DNA from: Haliotis cracherodii
Lineage: Eukaryota
DNA: 64,000 nt
Direction of reading: 5' to 3'
NCBI RefSeq assembly: GCF_022045235.1
Contig: NW_027266341.1
Location: 37,014,001 to 37,078,000 of the forward strand
The translations under genes and the position numbers were made by a program. This document shows positions 62,918-64,000 of this stretch, piece after piece (the stretch's first letter is position 1; each line of letters starts with the position of its first letter). The notes below the pieces were generated by a model. That model was given only the letters and a program-made list of their open reading frames with translations, searched no databases and was not told the DNA's origin.

Positions 62918-64000
62918 CAGGAATGCGTTATTAGTCCGTCAGTGCTTATGTCATTTCAAGAATACGGTCTCTTCAAAAGCGTATGAACTTGTGTATTGAA
63001 CGTCAATTGTATGCTCAAGTGACCGACCTCTCGTCCAATGTAAAAGTTCTATATAGTAAATATTTAACATTAAAAAAAATACTGCATAATAAACAACTCC
63101 CACTCGTCCTTTGTTTCTTATATGAGATAATAACATCATGTACAGCCTCTTCAAGGATGCTATTAAAATGTACAAATTTTTAACATACTCACGCGTTTTT
63201 AATTAATGAAGACTCCCAGAAAACAATCCGACCTCCATTTTATGAACAGGAGGTTAAGTTAGGTATTTACGGGATATTCTCATAATTTTCACGTCGATCA
63301 TCTATATTGTTTCTCTCAAATAACGATTGTCAGATCTCTCCCACTTTTGAATGCGATCGTTCGGCCATTGCTCTTATCTGCGTTGCCTAAATACATCTAT
63401 GAGGAACAACTCAATAGACACTTCCCTCTTTAAAATAGCGTCGTCCAATTTACGTCATCAAGTCGCGAGCGCATGTTTAAATCTCCAGAAATGATAGAAT
63501 AATGTTTCATCGTGACACAAACCACACCTCGCTCTTCATTGTTTCTTGCGTAGCTAGTTTATATTCACAAATAGACTTCTCTTTCTTCTTCATTTTCATC
63601 TTGCATACAATAATGAAGACACCGACGTATCTTTCAAAACATTCATTTAACCAAAAGTATAATGTAAATTACAATCAATGGAGACACATGAGGTATTACG
63701 AATGGTACAGGCCAAACGAAACAATACATGCCATGAAGCAGTCACTATTGTTATGCAAACCGGAACTGAGACTGAAAGTCGTGGTTAAACACATACTTCA
63801 CCTCTTTCTACATCCGGTAATTCAGATCAATACTAATGCAAGATGCACAATATAGCATGTCGTTCATAATATGGCATTAAATACAAATTCAGCCTCAACC
63901 ATGAAAATTAAGATAACCTACTTAAGGAATTTATATTACTTCGAGGAAATATTAAATGCTAATAAGTAAGATGCATTTCGTTTGAAAGCTAATTCTACTT

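Overview
Eukaryotic, AT-rich, repeat-dense animal genomic DNA. The SINE repertoire (Nin-domain, Meta-domain and (TCAC)n-tailed tRNA SINEs) suggests a mollusc, plausibly abalone; that is inference only. There are three N-gaps. The long ORFs in the track are nearly all satellite or transposon artefacts. Hidden among the repeats, and mostly invisible to the ORF track, is a minus-strand tandem array of at least five, probably six, small spliced paralogous genes (called A-F from left to right). They share a 4-exon plan with intron phases 1-2-1: (1) a 49-52 nt signal-peptide exon, (2) a ~100-127 nt exon for a six-cysteine domain C-x(9-17)-C-x3-CC-x7-CC, (3) a transmembrane exon followed by a Cys cluster and basic residues, and (4) a Pro/Tyr-rich tail, often with PPxY motifs. 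This is the architecture of the Shisa-like/CYYR1/VOPP1/WBP1 six-cysteine single-pass adaptor superfamily. Genes B (161 aa) and F (202 aa) reconstruct as intact. A runs off the left edge. C has an apparent 8-nt frameshifting deletion that removes the last CC pair. D lacks a clean first exon. E is atypical, with no Cys exon found. An extra duplicated terminal exon sits behind a 7-copy tandem array of its own splice acceptor. Paired NF-kB-like sites and a ~30-copy AP-1-site satellite lie 5' of some members. The rest is decayed LINEs (one RT-deleted LINE, two Dong/R4 pieces, two LINE 3' ends), four decayed Tc1/mariner copies, four SINE families, MITE-like palindromes, many satellites and a probable Polinton/virus-like gene fragment. 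All gene models were spliced by hand and need RNA-seq confirmation.
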